The notes beneath the pieces are model-generated. The model was given only the letters and a program-made list of their open reading frames with translations. It was not told the DNA's origin and did no database searches. The translations under genes and the position numbers were made by a program. A stretch of 64,000 bases of DNA, taken from positions 131,349 to 195,348 of the forward strand of contig JBMORT010000009.1 in assembly GCA_049319825.1 (NCBI GenBank). Direction: 5' to 3'. The stretch comes from Patescibacteria group bacterium (GTDB lineage Bacteria > Patescibacteriota > Patescibacteriia > UBA11705 > DATKZF01). Positions 8,253-18,275 of the stretch are shown in pieces (the stretch's first letter is position 1; each line of letters opens with the position of its first letter).

Positions 8253-8709
8253 ATTCATTGGAAATTTCTCGGCAATCGGTGCAAATGCCGCCCTCGGGTT
8301 TATACCCGGCCGGCCAGCGAGTCGCTTTGGTGTAAAACACGCCAATAACGATAGCTTTTTCCAGCTTGGCGCCGGTCAAGTTCGTGGACTTGAGCGTCGC
8401 ATATTTGAGATCGCTCTCGGAAAGATCTGCTTCTGCCAAATTAGCTCCTTCGAAATTAGAAGAACAAAGCTCAGCGCCAGAAAAATCAGCTTTGGCTAGA
8501 TTGGCGCCGGTAAAGTTGGCGCCATCAAGTTTTGAGTTGGTAAAATCGGCGCGCTCCAATTGTTGTCCGCTGAAATCGCGATAAGATAACCTTTGATTGG
8601 CGAAATTGGGGCCGGACGAGCAGGCGCTGAGCGTGATGATCGGCAGCAGGACCACCAGTGCTTGTTTCATTTTATCCACCTCCCTGATAAAAAAATAGCA
8701 ATCAGTCAA
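8251..8709 (-). CDS. Pentapeptide-repeat lipoprotein.
   Basis: Lipobox 'LSACSS'. Tandem A(D/N)LxG-type pentapeptides ('ADFSGAELCSSNFEGANLAEADLSESDL'). Confidence 0.7.
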   Translation of the reverse strand: MTDCYFFIREVDKMKQALVVLLPIITLSACSSGPNFANQRLSYRDFSGQQLERADFTNSKLDGANFTGANLAKADFSGAELCSSNFEGANLAEADLSESDLKYATLKSTNLTGAKLEKAIVIGVFYTKATRWPAGYKPEGGICTDCREISNE

Positions 8710-8712
8710 ACA

Positions 8713-10806
8713 TTAGTCAAATCGATAGATGTATATCTGTCCATCAATGTCATAGGTTTCGGCGGCGATTGCCCGCGCCATATTGTTTAGGTTTTCGAAT
8801 CGATCCCAGTATTTGGGGATGACCAAATAGACGGTTTGCACGCCGGTTAATTGTCTGGCTTGCTCGATGTATTCGGTTTTGGGACGGTCATTGACTATAT
8901 TCAGAAATGAATCGTATAATCTTGAACCGGTCGGGAGCGGATAATAGAAATGGCCGTTATATTCCGGCTCAAATCCGTATAACTTCACGGCGGCCACGGC
9001 GGTGTTTTGACTGGCGAGGACAATATACGGATCGGCGCCGGAATTGTGGATGAAGGTGGCCGCCAGGAAATCATATTTGCCGACGTTTAATCCATGATTG
9101 GCCTCGATATTGTCGTATCGAGGATATGACAGGTAAAAAGATGTGGATACCAGCATCGCCGCCAAAAAGCCGATGGCAATCAATGTACCCGGTTTTGTTT
9201 TAAATCGAATAAAAATTTTAGAAAAGATTGGTAGAATCAGTGGAGTTAAAAAAATTATCATTATGATCGTTAGCCTGGAAGCATAGTCGTTTTTTTCATA
9301 ATAAATCAGCGCGTCAAAGGAAAAGAATAGTTTCAAAATTAAGTAGTCGACGGCCAATAGCGTGCCGCTGACCAAATATATATTGATTAATCTGCGGACG
9401 ATGGAGGTTTTATCCGTGTCGTACAAAATGTCCAGATGTCGGCGAAAAATAAAAATTGAGGCGCCGATCAAAAGCAGTGTCATCAGCTGCCAATTGAATC
9501 CGTAAAAATAAATCAGATCGTAGATGCCCCGAAAATTATTTTTGAAATAAATCAACTGTTCCAGTTCGATCCCCAGCGTTTGTTTGATTTGTCGCCATTC
9601 AAAGAAAAGATTCAGCGGATAATTATTGATAAATCGAGTGGCCAGAAAAGCCAAAGGAATTGCGGCCGCGGCCATCGCCAAATAGGCGATCCGGAAAATT
9701 TTGGCCGGCAATCCCGCGGCCGGGTCAATGAATGCCCGCGATCCCACGCATAAAATGAGCGCGGGCAAGCCGGAGAGCGGATGGATTGACAAGGCGATAA
9801 GCGCCATGGCGAGCGGCCAGCGCCACGAGATGTCGCGGCGAGCCAAATAACGATAAAGCGTCATGGCGGTGAGCAAAACGAACAAGAGCGATAAGTTTTG
9901 TGGAGTGGTGAATGTCAGGAATGAAAAAGGCAATGCTAAAAATGCCAATATCGCCGCCGCATTCACTGATCTGAACGATTTGACGGCGATTGCCGGTATA
10001 AACACCGCGGCGAGCAGCGGCACTAACAGCCGGTCGATCAGATCGATCGGCAGCAGCGTAATTTTGTGGACGAACACTTCTAAAGCGTATTGGCCGAGAT
10101 AATAAAACGGCTTGGGTAGGATGTAGCCGTGATCAGCGATGATTTGCGCTGTTTTTTGATGGATAAAAGGATCAAACCCAAACCCGAGCTGGTAAACAAT
10201 CATCGAAACGGAAAAAGACATTAGAAAATGGATCGATAAAAATATTTTTTTCCAAAAATTTTTAAGTTCGGTTTTTAGCAAAAAAATGAATAGTATCAGC
10301 GTGGCCAAAAAGTAGCAGATAAATATTTTTTGATCGATAAGCGTCCATGGCGTGGGCACTGAAATATCGGAGCGAGCGTCCATCAATAATTTCACGATAA
10401 AACCAAGTAAGACGAAATACGACAAGATGGTCAGCGATTGCCGCCAATCCGTATTGATTTTCGGAATTTTATGTAAATGGCGCGATCGGCCATGCCACAG
10501 TCGGGCGCCAATTGAAAAACCCGAAATTAAAATTGCCAATAGCATTATCACCGGTTGATTAAGCTGATAAAAATAATAAATGATCGAACCGCAGACGCTG
10601 ACCATGGCTAAAATAATGATTGCGGCCATTGTCCATGAGTCGGCCGCCCCGTTTTTAATTGCCGATTTAATGAGACAAACGCTCGTGACCATGAATAAAA
10701 TGCCCGAAAGCATGCCGAGAAGGAAATGGACATTAAAAAATGTCTGGAAGCAGACCAGGGTCAAAGCCATGATATTTATGACGATCAAACCGTATTTTTT
10801 TATCAT
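8713..10806 (-). CDS. Large polytopic membrane protein (~14 TM) with a C-terminal soluble domain; possible GT-C-type glycosyltransferase or polymerase.
   Basis: Hydrophobicity pattern only; no definitive motif. Confidence 0.45.
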   Translation of the reverse strand: MIKKYGLIVINIMALTLVCFQTFFNVHFLLGMLSGILFMVTSVCLIKSAIKNGAADSWTMAAIIILAMVSVCGSIIYYFYQLNQPVIMLLAILISGFSIGARLWHGRSRHLHKIPKINTDWRQSLTILSYFVLLGFIVKLLMDARSDISVPTPWTLIDQKIFICYFLATLILFIFLLKTELKNFWKKIFLSIHFLMSFSVSMIVYQLGFGFDPFIHQKTAQIIADHGYILPKPFYYLGQYALEVFVHKITLLPIDLIDRLLVPLLAAVFIPAIAVKSFRSVNAAAILAFLALPFSFLTFTTPQNLSLLFVLLTAMTLYRYLARRDISWRWPLAMALIALSIHPLSGLPALILCVGSRAFIDPAAGLPAKIFRIAYLAMAAAAIPLAFLATRFINNYPLNLFFEWRQIKQTLGIELEQLIYFKNNFRGIYDLIYFYGFNWQLMTLLLIGASIFIFRRHLDILYDTDKTSIVRRLINIYLVSGTLLAVDYLILKLFFSFDALIYYEKNDYASRLTIIMIIFLTPLILPIFSKIFIRFKTKPGTLIAIGFLAAMLVSTSFYLSYPRYDNIEANHGLNVGKYDFLAATFIHNSGADPYIVLASQNTAVAAVKLYGFEPEYNGHFYYPLPTGSRLYDSFLNIVNDRPKTEYIEQARQLTGVQTVYLVIPKYWDRFENLNNMARAIAAETYDIDGQIYIYRFD

Positions 10807-10892
10807 ACTATGCGTATTTTAGCAGTAATTTTCAAGATATTCCAGCCGGTATAGAAAATTTGGCAAAAACCTGTTAGAATAACAGCGAATAT

Positions 10893-12476
10893 ATGATATC
10901 CAGACAAATCGAAAATTTGCTGAATGCTTATTACGATGACGCCGAGCCGTGTCGATACGCCGAAGAGAGCACCATCAGCGTCAACGAAGTGGTGGCCAAG
11001 GCGGTTTTGGCTTACGAAAAAATCAGAAATATTGTTGATTATCGAGATGAACATTTGCTTCGAAAGAGCGCCATCAATCGCATTGTCAAACGTCGTTTTG
11101 CCGACGTGCTGCGCGGCGCGCAGATCGGGGAGCACCTGATCAAGGAATTGATCCGCGCCGGCTATGTGGCCAACCGAAGCCTGCCGGAAACCAAATCGGT
11201 TGAAGTCAGCGCCGCGCTCAATAAAACGGCCAATTTGTATTTGGGAATTAAAGATTCGTTCGCATTTAATGAACAGCAGAAGTTTAAAAATTGGCTGTTG
11301 GGGTTAGTCTCGGTGGAAATCGAAGAATTGCTGGCGCCATCGGCATTTAAACAGGCGCTGGTCAGCGCCGCTTTTTCCTTGGCCAAAGCCAAGACAGAGA
11401 TTTTGGATGAAGCGATGTCAGCCGATGAAAAAGATCTTCAGCTGTACGTCGGTGTTTTGCGTTCATTGTTCAAATCCGACAATGACATGATTTCATATTC
11501 ACTTTTTAAACTTTTTTATCCCCAATGGTATGCTGACCCCGATGAAGTGTTTGATCAGATCAGGGTTGAAATATCGGATATAAAAAAGCTGATTGATTAT
11601 CACATTAATCATCGTCTGCGCCGAAAAGTCGAGCACTGCGTCAAGCCCTATGGCGTTTATTTATACACAATAAAAGATTTGATCGAACAAAATCCGCCGT
11701 CAGCGCCGGCCATTTTGGAAAATCCGGAAGTCGCGGCCGAGTATTTAAAGGCGATTATCGCTCAAAAAAAGAAGTTGATAAAATCAAGACTTAATAAAAG
11801 TATTTTTCGCTCGATGATTTATATTTTCCTGACCAAAATGCTGCTGGCGCTGGCGATTGAAGTCCCGTTTGAACTTTTTGTCATCAAGGAAATCAATCAT
11901 TTGCCTCTGTTGATCAATTTGTTCGCTCCGATAATTTTACTTTTTATCATCGGCAAAACAATAGTGGTTTCCACCGCCAAAAATGCCGATAAAATTCTAA
12001 CCGACACCTATTCCATCATTTACGGCCAGTTGCCAGATTTAAATCGAGTGGTGATCAAGCCGCCGCGGAACTGGGGTGCGGTCAAACAAGTGTTTTTCGG
12101 GCTGTTTTATTCGGGTACCTATATCATTACCTTTGGCGCGCTTTTCTGGGCTTTAAAAGATCTTAAGTTTAATGTCGTCGGCGGCGCCTTGTTTATAGTT
12201 TTTTTAAGCATTGTCAGCTTTTTCGGTTACCGGCTGCGTCAGGGCGCCAAGGAAATTTATATTGTCAAAGAACGCCAGGGCTTTTTCGCGACGCTGATTG
12301 AATTCTTTTTCATGCCGATCATTAAGGTCGGGCAGTGGATATCCACCAAGTTTTCCAAAATCAATATTTTTATATTTATATTGGATTTTATAATTGCCGC
12401 GCCGTTTAACGTCATTATTGAAGTTATAGACGATTGGTTTGCTTTTTTTAAAGAGAAAAAAGAAGAAATTTATTAA
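10893..12476 (+). CDS. Hypothetical protein with an N-terminal soluble domain and a C-terminal multi-TM region.
   Basis: Intact 527-aa ORF; C-terminal 200 aa are hydrophobic. Confidence 0.45.
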   Translation: MISRQIENLLNAYYDDAEPCRYAEESTISVNEVVAKAVLAYEKIRNIVDYRDEHLLRKSAINRIVKRRFADVLRGAQIGEHLIKELIRAGYVANRSLPETKSVEVSAALNKTANLYLGIKDSFAFNEQQKFKNWLLGLVSVEIEELLAPSAFKQALVSAAFSLAKAKTEILDEAMSADEKDLQLYVGVLRSLFKSDNDMISYSLFKLFYPQWYADPDEVFDQIRVEISDIKKLIDYHINHRLRRKVEHCVKPYGVYLYTIKDLIEQNPPSAPAILENPEVAAEYLKAIIAQKKKLIKSRLNKSIFRSMIYIFLTKMLLALAIEVPFELFVIKEINHLPLLINLFAPIILLFIIGKTIVVSTAKNADKILTDTYSIIYGQLPDLNRVVIKPPRNWGAVKQVFFGLFYSGTYIITFGALFWALKDLKFNVVGGALFIVFLSIVSFFGYRLRQGAKEIYIVKERQGFFATLIEFFFMPIIKVGQWISTKFSKINIFIFILDFIIAAPFNVIIEVIDDWFAFFKEKKEEIY

Positions 12477-12688
12477 CAATAATTTCGCCGTATAATTAAA
12501 TTCCATTCGGGAAAAGTCAAAACCGAATTGGCGACGGGAAACATCGCCAAAAAAATTGAGGTTATTATTGAATAATCATAGTAGATTATGAAATTTCCGG
12601 CAGCTGATGTTCGGATTTTTTTCTTGACAAAAAGTTGCCTGATCGCTATAGTTAAATGTCATCATGTTTGGTGACACGGGAGGGGATA

Positions 12689-13492
12689 ATGCTGATCGCG
12701 GACGGCAGCGTGCAAATTGAGCGCCTGGGACGGAATTTGGGAAATTTCCATCCGACATTGTCGCCAGAAGCGCCGATACTGTACGATATTGTTCGAAAAA
12801 ATTTTCGATTCTCAAGGTTATTTTTGCCGAAAGTCAATTTTACCAATCGAGTGGCGGGCATGCGTGATTCAAATTGTTTCAGTTTGCCGGATCGTCCGTT
12901 TATTTGGCGCACGCGCGACTGGGCCGACGGCGGTATCGTGATTAATGACTCGCTGACAGCCATCGGCGTTTGCAATGCCGACTGTCATTTGGGTGTTTTA
13001 TATGATCCTGACGGAGAAATGCTGTGTTTGCTGCATCTGGGTTTAAAATGTTTTTATCGGCCGGATGGCAGCCCGTCCGTTCTTCAAGAAGCGCTGCGTC
13101 TGTACGACTGCGACGCGACCGATCTTTATTTTTGGGTGGGTTTCGGCGCCGGACCGTGCTGCTATGGCCATGATTTACAGCATCCGGAATTCGGAGAAAA
13201 GAACCGCCATCAAGCGGAAAATTTAAGAAAATTTTTTGGCGCGCAAGCGGTCAAAGGAACAGTGGCCGCCGGACCAAGAAAGGGTTGGGCCGCGCATGAT
13301 AATTTAACGATGATCATTAATCACGCGGATAAGCTGGGATTCAAGGACATGGAAATCGATTATCAGTGCACTTCATGCGCCGGTTTGGACTCAAAAGACG
13401 GTGTTGAAACGGGGGAGCGGTTGTATTGGTCGAACCTTCGGGGCGATGTTGACTGTCGAAATTTTTTCATGGCGCGCCTGACGACGCGCTAA
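12689..13492 (+). CDS. YfiH/PgeF-family (DUF152, laccase-domain) protein. Start moved to the ATG after GGGAGGGG.
   Basis: 'NADCHLGVLYDPDGEMLCLLHLGLKC' resembles conserved Cys/His motifs of the YfiH family. Shine-Dalgarno-like sequence at 12677-12685. Confidence 0.5.
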   Translation: MLIADGSVQIERLGRNLGNFHPTLSPEAPILYDIVRKNFRFSRLFLPKVNFTNRVAGMRDSNCFSLPDRPFIWRTRDWADGGIVINDSLTAIGVCNADCHLGVLYDPDGEMLCLLHLGLKCFYRPDGSPSVLQEALRLYDCDATDLYFWVGFGAGPCCYGHDLQHPEFGEKNRHQAENLRKFFGAQAVKGTVAAGPRKGWAAHDNLTMIINHADKLGFKDMEIDYQCTSCAGLDSKDGVETGERLYWSNLRGDVDCRNFFMARLTTR

Positions 13493-13559
13493 AACAAGGG
13501 ATCTTATCTCTTGTTTTTTAATTGAAAAATATTAGAATTTAAGCTAAACTGAAGGCAGT

Positions 13560-15218
13560 ATGAAACTTTGGTTTAAGAAAAATCGATATGTTTTTATTTT
13601 GATGATTTTGGGTGTTGCCTGCTTTTTCATGTACAGCTTTTTGGCATTCAGTGCGCCCAAAGAAATTTTCAATTCTCCGGATGAAACCGCCAATTATGTG
13701 TTTTCGTGCAATTTCGCCAAGGCGGGGACAATGAAATTGCCAGAAGACGATAATTTAAAAGTTCAGGGAATGATTCATCCGCGCAGCGCGATCGCCAATT
13801 ACAATGGCGATATCGTGCCCGGATATTTTCTGGGCGCGCCGATGATTTTCGGCTATTTGGGAAAAATATTGGGCTGCTCGGCCATTCCTTTTGTTTTGCC
13901 GGTAATATCCGCCATCACTCCGATCTTCTTTTATCTGGGTTTAAAAAAGATATTTGAAAAAGATGTGGCGTTGATTAGCGCGGTCCTGCTTTATTGCCAT
14001 CCGATTTTTTTGTATTACACCGCTAAAAGTTTGATGCCCAATGTATTGTTTATTGATTTTTTGATTATATCAATCGCTTTAGTGTTAATCGCGCCAATAA
14101 AAAAGGGATTTAAAGGATATTTTCACGCGCGGCCGCTAATCGCCTATTTTTTTTCCGGTATTTTTCTGGCGCTGGGGCTGACCATTCGTCCGGCGGAAAT
14201 CTTTTGGGTGTTTTTTTTATACGTTGTGCTATTCGCTTTCAGAATAAGATATGTGAATTGGCCGGGTTTGTTTTTAGGACTGTGCGGCTTCGGCATTATG
14301 ATCGTGCCCAATTTGCTTTTGAATTATGAGCTGTACGGCGGATACTTTCAGCTCGGTTACAACACGCGATTGATGGGAATTGATTTGGATAATGCGGGTT
14401 CGGCGCCATTTTGGCGTTCATTTTTTTCCCGGTCGATGATTTTTCCGTTCGGCGTTAAGCTGGCGGCCAGCGGCGCGATGTTCATCAACTATTTTTGGCG
14501 ATTTTTGGGCTGGTATAATCTACTGCTGCTGCCTGGGCTGGTCGCATTTTTTGTTTATCTGTGGAATGATAAAAAATTATTCGCCAGAAAGATAGTATAC
14601 TTGATCGCGGTTTTTGACGTTTCTGTTTATTTGATTTTATACTATGGTTCATATTTATTCAGTGATCATATCGACTCGTCAAAGATATCCATCGGCAGCT
14701 CATATTTACGCTACTGGCTGCCGATATTCATTCTCCTGCTGCCGCTGATGTCATCTGCCATCTACGCCGTTTGGCGATTTGCCAGCAAGCAGAAAATCAA
14801 CATCAAGTGCCTGTTTTTAGCGGTGACGATAATGATTTTATCGCTCAATACTTTCGGAGTCGTCTTTAGCTGGACAGATGAAAGCCTGGTGGCGGTCAAG
14901 CATAATCTGGAAATATATCAAAAAATCAGAAATGATGTCGTTTCTTCCACCGAAGAAAACGCCATCATTATCACCGATCGGGCGGATAAAATTTTTTTTC
15001 CGCCAAGAAAAGTGGTGGTATTTTTGGATAATTTTGCCATTTGGCCGCTGGTTGAAATTATCTGCGAGCAGCGCCCGGTATATTATTACACGATGATGCC
15101 GCCGGCAGATATGAAGTACTTCTTGTCGACCAAAGTGACCAATGCCCGCCTGACATTCGATTTTTCCAATAAAATAAATAATTTTTATTTATATAAGATT
15201 AAGCCGGATAAATTTTAA
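13560..15218 (+). CDS. GT-C-fold membrane glycosyltransferase candidate (ArnT/PMT-like).
   Basis: ~12 TM helices, first-loop 'SPDETANY' acidic motif, C-terminal soluble domain. Confidence 0.45.
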   Translation: MKLWFKKNRYVFILMILGVACFFMYSFLAFSAPKEIFNSPDETANYVFSCNFAKAGTMKLPEDDNLKVQGMIHPRSAIANYNGDIVPGYFLGAPMIFGYLGKILGCSAIPFVLPVISAITPIFFYLGLKKIFEKDVALISAVLLYCHPIFLYYTAKSLMPNVLFIDFLIISIALVLIAPIKKGFKGYFHARPLIAYFFSGIFLALGLTIRPAEIFWVFFLYVVLFAFRIRYVNWPGLFLGLCGFGIMIVPNLLLNYELYGGYFQLGYNTRLMGIDLDNAGSAPFWRSFFSRSMIFPFGVKLAASGAMFINYFWRFLGWYNLLLLPGLVAFFVYLWNDKKLFARKIVYLIAVFDVSVYLILYYGSYLFSDHIDSSKISIGSSYLRYWLPIFILLLPLMSSAIYAVWRFASKQKINIKCLFLAVTIMILSLNTFGVVFSWTDESLVAVKHNLEIYQKIRNDVVSSTEENAIIITDRADKIFFPPRKVVVFLDNFAIWPLVEIICEQRPVYYYTMMPPADMKYFLSTKVTNARLTFDFSNKINNFYLYKIKPDKF

Positions 15219-15273
15219 ATGGTCAGCCGGGCTCAATTCCCATGCCCAATGATCAAATGCAAATCGGCAAATT

Positions 15274-15825
15274 ATGAAATATTTTAGATTAATCAGATTG
15301 TCTGTCTGGATAGCGGCCATCGGGGTCTTTGTTTTAATCGCGGCTGATTATTTTTCGCTTGACGGCTATGGCCGTCACCAATACGCGGCCGGGCAAGCGT
15401 CGCCATGGTTTTCCAGGATGTACTCGGCGTCCAATTACGAGCTGATCACCGGCGAGCCAACTTATTTTCGCATTCATAAATTTCCCACGGCGTTTAATCT
15501 GAAGGTACCGATTTCATTCGACGACGCGCGTATAAAAATTTTTTTCAAGGCGGATGACTTGGAGTCATTTCAATTCGGCGTCATTGAAAATCAGGGCAAG
15601 AGTGATTTTCGTTTGCGGGAAATTTTGATTGACAGCCCGGGGCAATGGCATGAACAAACGGTGGAAATTGATTTAACCGATGCGTACCGTGACCCCAAAG
15701 AGGGATATGGCTTTGTGTTTCTGGCCGGCGGCGGTGATCTGAATGTTGCGCGGCTGGAAATTGAGCTTGTTCGCGATAATTTATGGAAGACATTAAAAAA
15801 CAAATTAAAAACAGCCCCGAATTAG
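15274..15825 (+). CDS. Membrane-anchored hypothetical protein.
   Basis: N-terminal TM; intact ORF. Confidence 0.4.
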   Translation: MKYFRLIRLSVWIAAIGVFVLIAADYFSLDGYGRHQYAAGQASPWFSRMYSASNYELITGEPTYFRIHKFPTAFNLKVPISFDDARIKIFFKADDLESFQFGVIENQGKSDFRLREILIDSPGQWHEQTVEIDLTDAYRDPKEGYGFVFLAGGGDLNVARLEIELVRDNLWKTLKNKLKTAPN

Positions 15826-16139
15826 CGATTATTTTTTTAGATCTGCATCTGATCAGTTGGTTATCGCTGGCTTGTTTTTTCGTACTGGAGAAAAAATGGC
15901 CGGGGTTGATCAGCTATTTTGTTCATCCCATTATTTTGCTCATAGCCTGGTTGATTACCGTTTTGTTAATATCGGAAAATTTTTCTGAGCGCCACCGGCG
16001 ATTCCATTGGATTCCGATTATCTTGATACTGATTGCCGGCACGATATATATTAAGATTTCCTTGCAAAATTGGTGGTATTTGGGCGTGGCGGTCCTGCCC
16101 GTCCTGCTTTTGGCCTTAAAAAAAGAAAAGCGCGTCTGA
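15783..16139 (+). CDS. Small integral membrane protein.
   Basis: Three hydrophobic segments; overlaps the upstream gene end. Confidence 0.35.
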   Translation: MEDIKKQIKNSPELAIIFLDLHLISWLSLACFFVLEKKWPGLISYFVHPIILLIAWLITVLLISENFSERHRRFHWIPIILILIAGTIYIKISLQNWWYLGVAVLPVLLLALKKEKRV

Positions 16140-16198
16140 AATTTGCCAAATGTCGAATTTTGGCTTAAAATAATGTATATAATTCTTAAAAATAAATT

Positions 16199-17230
16199 AT
16201 GGCCAAACAAAATAAAAATATATTGGTGCTGGGAGGGGGCGGTTTCATCGGCTCGCATCTGTGCGAGCGGCTGGTCAATTCCGGCCAGAATGTAATTTGC
16301 GTTGATAATTTCAGCACCGCTGATCCGGAAAACATCAAACATCTGCTTCAGGAAATGAATTTTGAACTGATCAGGCACGATATAGCTGAACCTTTGCCGG
16401 AGTTGGAATCCTTAGCCGACGTGTCCAAATTTAAAATCGACGTTTTCGGCATCCAGGAAATATACAATTTGGCCTGCCCGACATCAGTGAAAAATTTTGA
16501 AAACTTAAAAGTTGAAACTATTTTGGCCAATACCTCCGGAGTGAAAAATGCGCTCGATTTGGCCGTTAAATATAAAGCAAAAATAGTACACGCGTCTTCC
16601 TCCGTGGTTTACGGCGAAGTGCCCAAAAGCACCATAAAAAAACCAATTTACATTAAAGAGGATTATCGCGGCCAAATGGATCAGCTGGATCCTCGAGCTT
16701 GCTATGATTTGGGTAAATCATATGCGGAAACAATCGTGTCCGTTTATCATGAAAAATTCAATTTGGACACGAAGATGGTCCGCATATTCAGGACTTACGG
16801 TCCGCGCATGCCCTTAAACGACGGTCAGATGATTCCGGATTTTATCAGCAACGCATTGGATAATAAAGATTTGACAGTGTTTGGCGATGAAAATTTTATT
16901 ACCTCATTGTGCTATGTCTCGGATATCGTCGAAGGCATGATCAAGCTGATGGACAGTCCGATCAATGATCCGGTCAACATGGGCGGCACCGTGGTTCATC
17001 GTCTGTCCGACGTCGCGGATAGTATCATCAAGATGACCGATTCGAGTTCTCAAATAGTTTTTAAAGAAAAGCTGCTGTTTATGCGCGAATTGGGATACCC
17101 GGACATTTCCGCGATAAAAAACGCCATTGGCTGGTTTCCGATAATCGATATCAACGAAGGGCTGAAGAGAACGATCGAATACACCAAAGCGCATAAAAGC
17201 TTAGTCGCCTTCACTGCCGATCAGGCATGA
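16199..17230 (+). CDS. NAD-dependent sugar-nucleotide epimerase/dehydratase, UDP-glucuronate decarboxylase (UXS)-like.
   Basis: 'LVLGGGGFIGSHLCERLVNSGQNVICVDNFSTA' Rossmann/UXS signature; Y-x3-K region 'YDLGKSYAE'. Confidence 0.75.
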   Translation: MAKQNKNILVLGGGGFIGSHLCERLVNSGQNVICVDNFSTADPENIKHLLQEMNFELIRHDIAEPLPELESLADVSKFKIDVFGIQEIYNLACPTSVKNFENLKVETILANTSGVKNALDLAVKYKAKIVHASSSVVYGEVPKSTIKKPIYIKEDYRGQMDQLDPRACYDLGKSYAETIVSVYHEKFNLDTKMVRIFRTYGPRMPLNDGQMIPDFISNALDNKDLTVFGDENFITSLCYVSDIVEGMIKLMDSPINDPVNMGGTVVHRLSDVADSIIKMTDSSSQIVFKEKLLFMRELGYPDISAIKNAIGWFPIIDINEGLKRTIEYTKAHKSLVAFTADQA

Positions 17231-17233
17231 TCT

Positions 17234-17899
17234 ATGAAGACTTACATCGTCATCCCCGCGTACAATGAAGAAAAGACCATCGGTCGAGTGATCGAGGATT
17301 TGCTGCGCGAATCTTATGAGCATATTGTCGTTGTCGATGATGGTTCGAGCGATGACACGCGCGGTATTATCGGCCGGTATCCGGTCAGCTTGTGCCGGCA
17401 TCGTCTCAATTGCGGTCAAGGGGCGGCATTGCGAACCGGTACTGATTTCGCCCTAAGGCAAAACGCCGACATCATTATACATTTCGACGCTGATGGTCAG
17501 CATCAAGTTAAGGATATTCGAAAATTCGTGGAAAAAATCATGCAGGGCTATGACATCGTGATCGGTTCCAGATTTTTGGGCGCCAGCTATAAAAACATAC
17601 CGCTATCCAAAAGATACCTGATCCATAAGCCCGCCCGGCTGTTTAATCGTTTGTTGACCGGAATCAAGCTGACCGATGCGCACAGCGGGTTTCGGGCGGT
17701 CAGCCGCGAAGCGGCGGAGAAAATCAAGATCACCATCAATCGCATGGCGCATAATACCGAAATCCCCGCGGAAGTGATCAGGCATCGGCTGCGCTACGCG
17801 GAGGTGCCGGTTGATGTCGTTTACCATGAATACGGCCAAAATTTGTTTGATGCTTTTGAGATATTGGCCGATTTGTTAAAACATCGAATTTTGAAATAA
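17234..17899 (+). CDS. GT2 glycosyltransferase (dolichol-phosphate-mannose synthase-like).
   Basis: 'IVIPAYNEEKTI...VVVDDGSSDDT' and D-x-D 'FDADGQH'. Confidence 0.8.
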   Translation: MKTYIVIPAYNEEKTIGRVIEDLLRESYEHIVVVDDGSSDDTRGIIGRYPVSLCRHRLNCGQGAALRTGTDFALRQNADIIIHFDADGQHQVKDIRKFVEKIMQGYDIVIGSRFLGASYKNIPLSKRYLIHKPARLFNRLLTGIKLTDAHSGFRAVSREAAEKIKITINRMAHNTEIPAEVIRHRLRYAEVPVDVVYHEYGQNLFDAFEILADLLKHRILK

Positions 17900-17900
17900 T

Positions 17901-18275
17901 ATGAATTTGATCCAAATATTGATTTTAATTTTTATCGCGTACGTGATTTATCGATTGGTGGTTAAACTGAACAAGCGACTATTAAGCCCGAGTTTTTTTA
18001 TTCTTTGGCTGATTTTTTGGCTGATAGTCGGATTAATTGTCGTTTTGCCGCAGACCACTCAGCTGATCGCCGAATGGTTGGGGGTCGGCCGGGGTGTGGA
18101 TGCGGTTATGTACATCTCCGTCATCGTCTTGTTTTACATGATTTTCAGAATTTTTGCCCGGATCGAAAAAATTGAAAAAGACATTACCCATTTAGTCAAG
18201 GAAATCGCGATCGAGAGCGCGACAAAAGGAGAAGACCAACATGGAAAAAGTGGCGATCATCCTGATCAATTATAA
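17901..18275 (+). CDS. DUF2304-type small membrane protein (GT2 partner).
   Basis: Two-TM architecture with a 'LGVGRGVD' motif, immediately after the GT2 gene. Confidence 0.55.
   Translation: MNLIQILILIFIAYVIYRLVVKLNKRLLSPSFFILWLIFWLIVGLIVVLPQTTQLIAEWLGVGRGVDAVMYISVIVLFYMIFRIFARIEKIEKDITHLVKEIAIESATKGEDQHGKSGDHPDQL

Noticed and set aside
12576-12975. Two minus-strand ORFs (79 and 107 aa) overlapping the promoter and 5' end of the YfiH-like gene
   Set aside because: They overlap a + strand gene with a strong Shine-Dalgarno sequence and family motifs, and the translations have no features.
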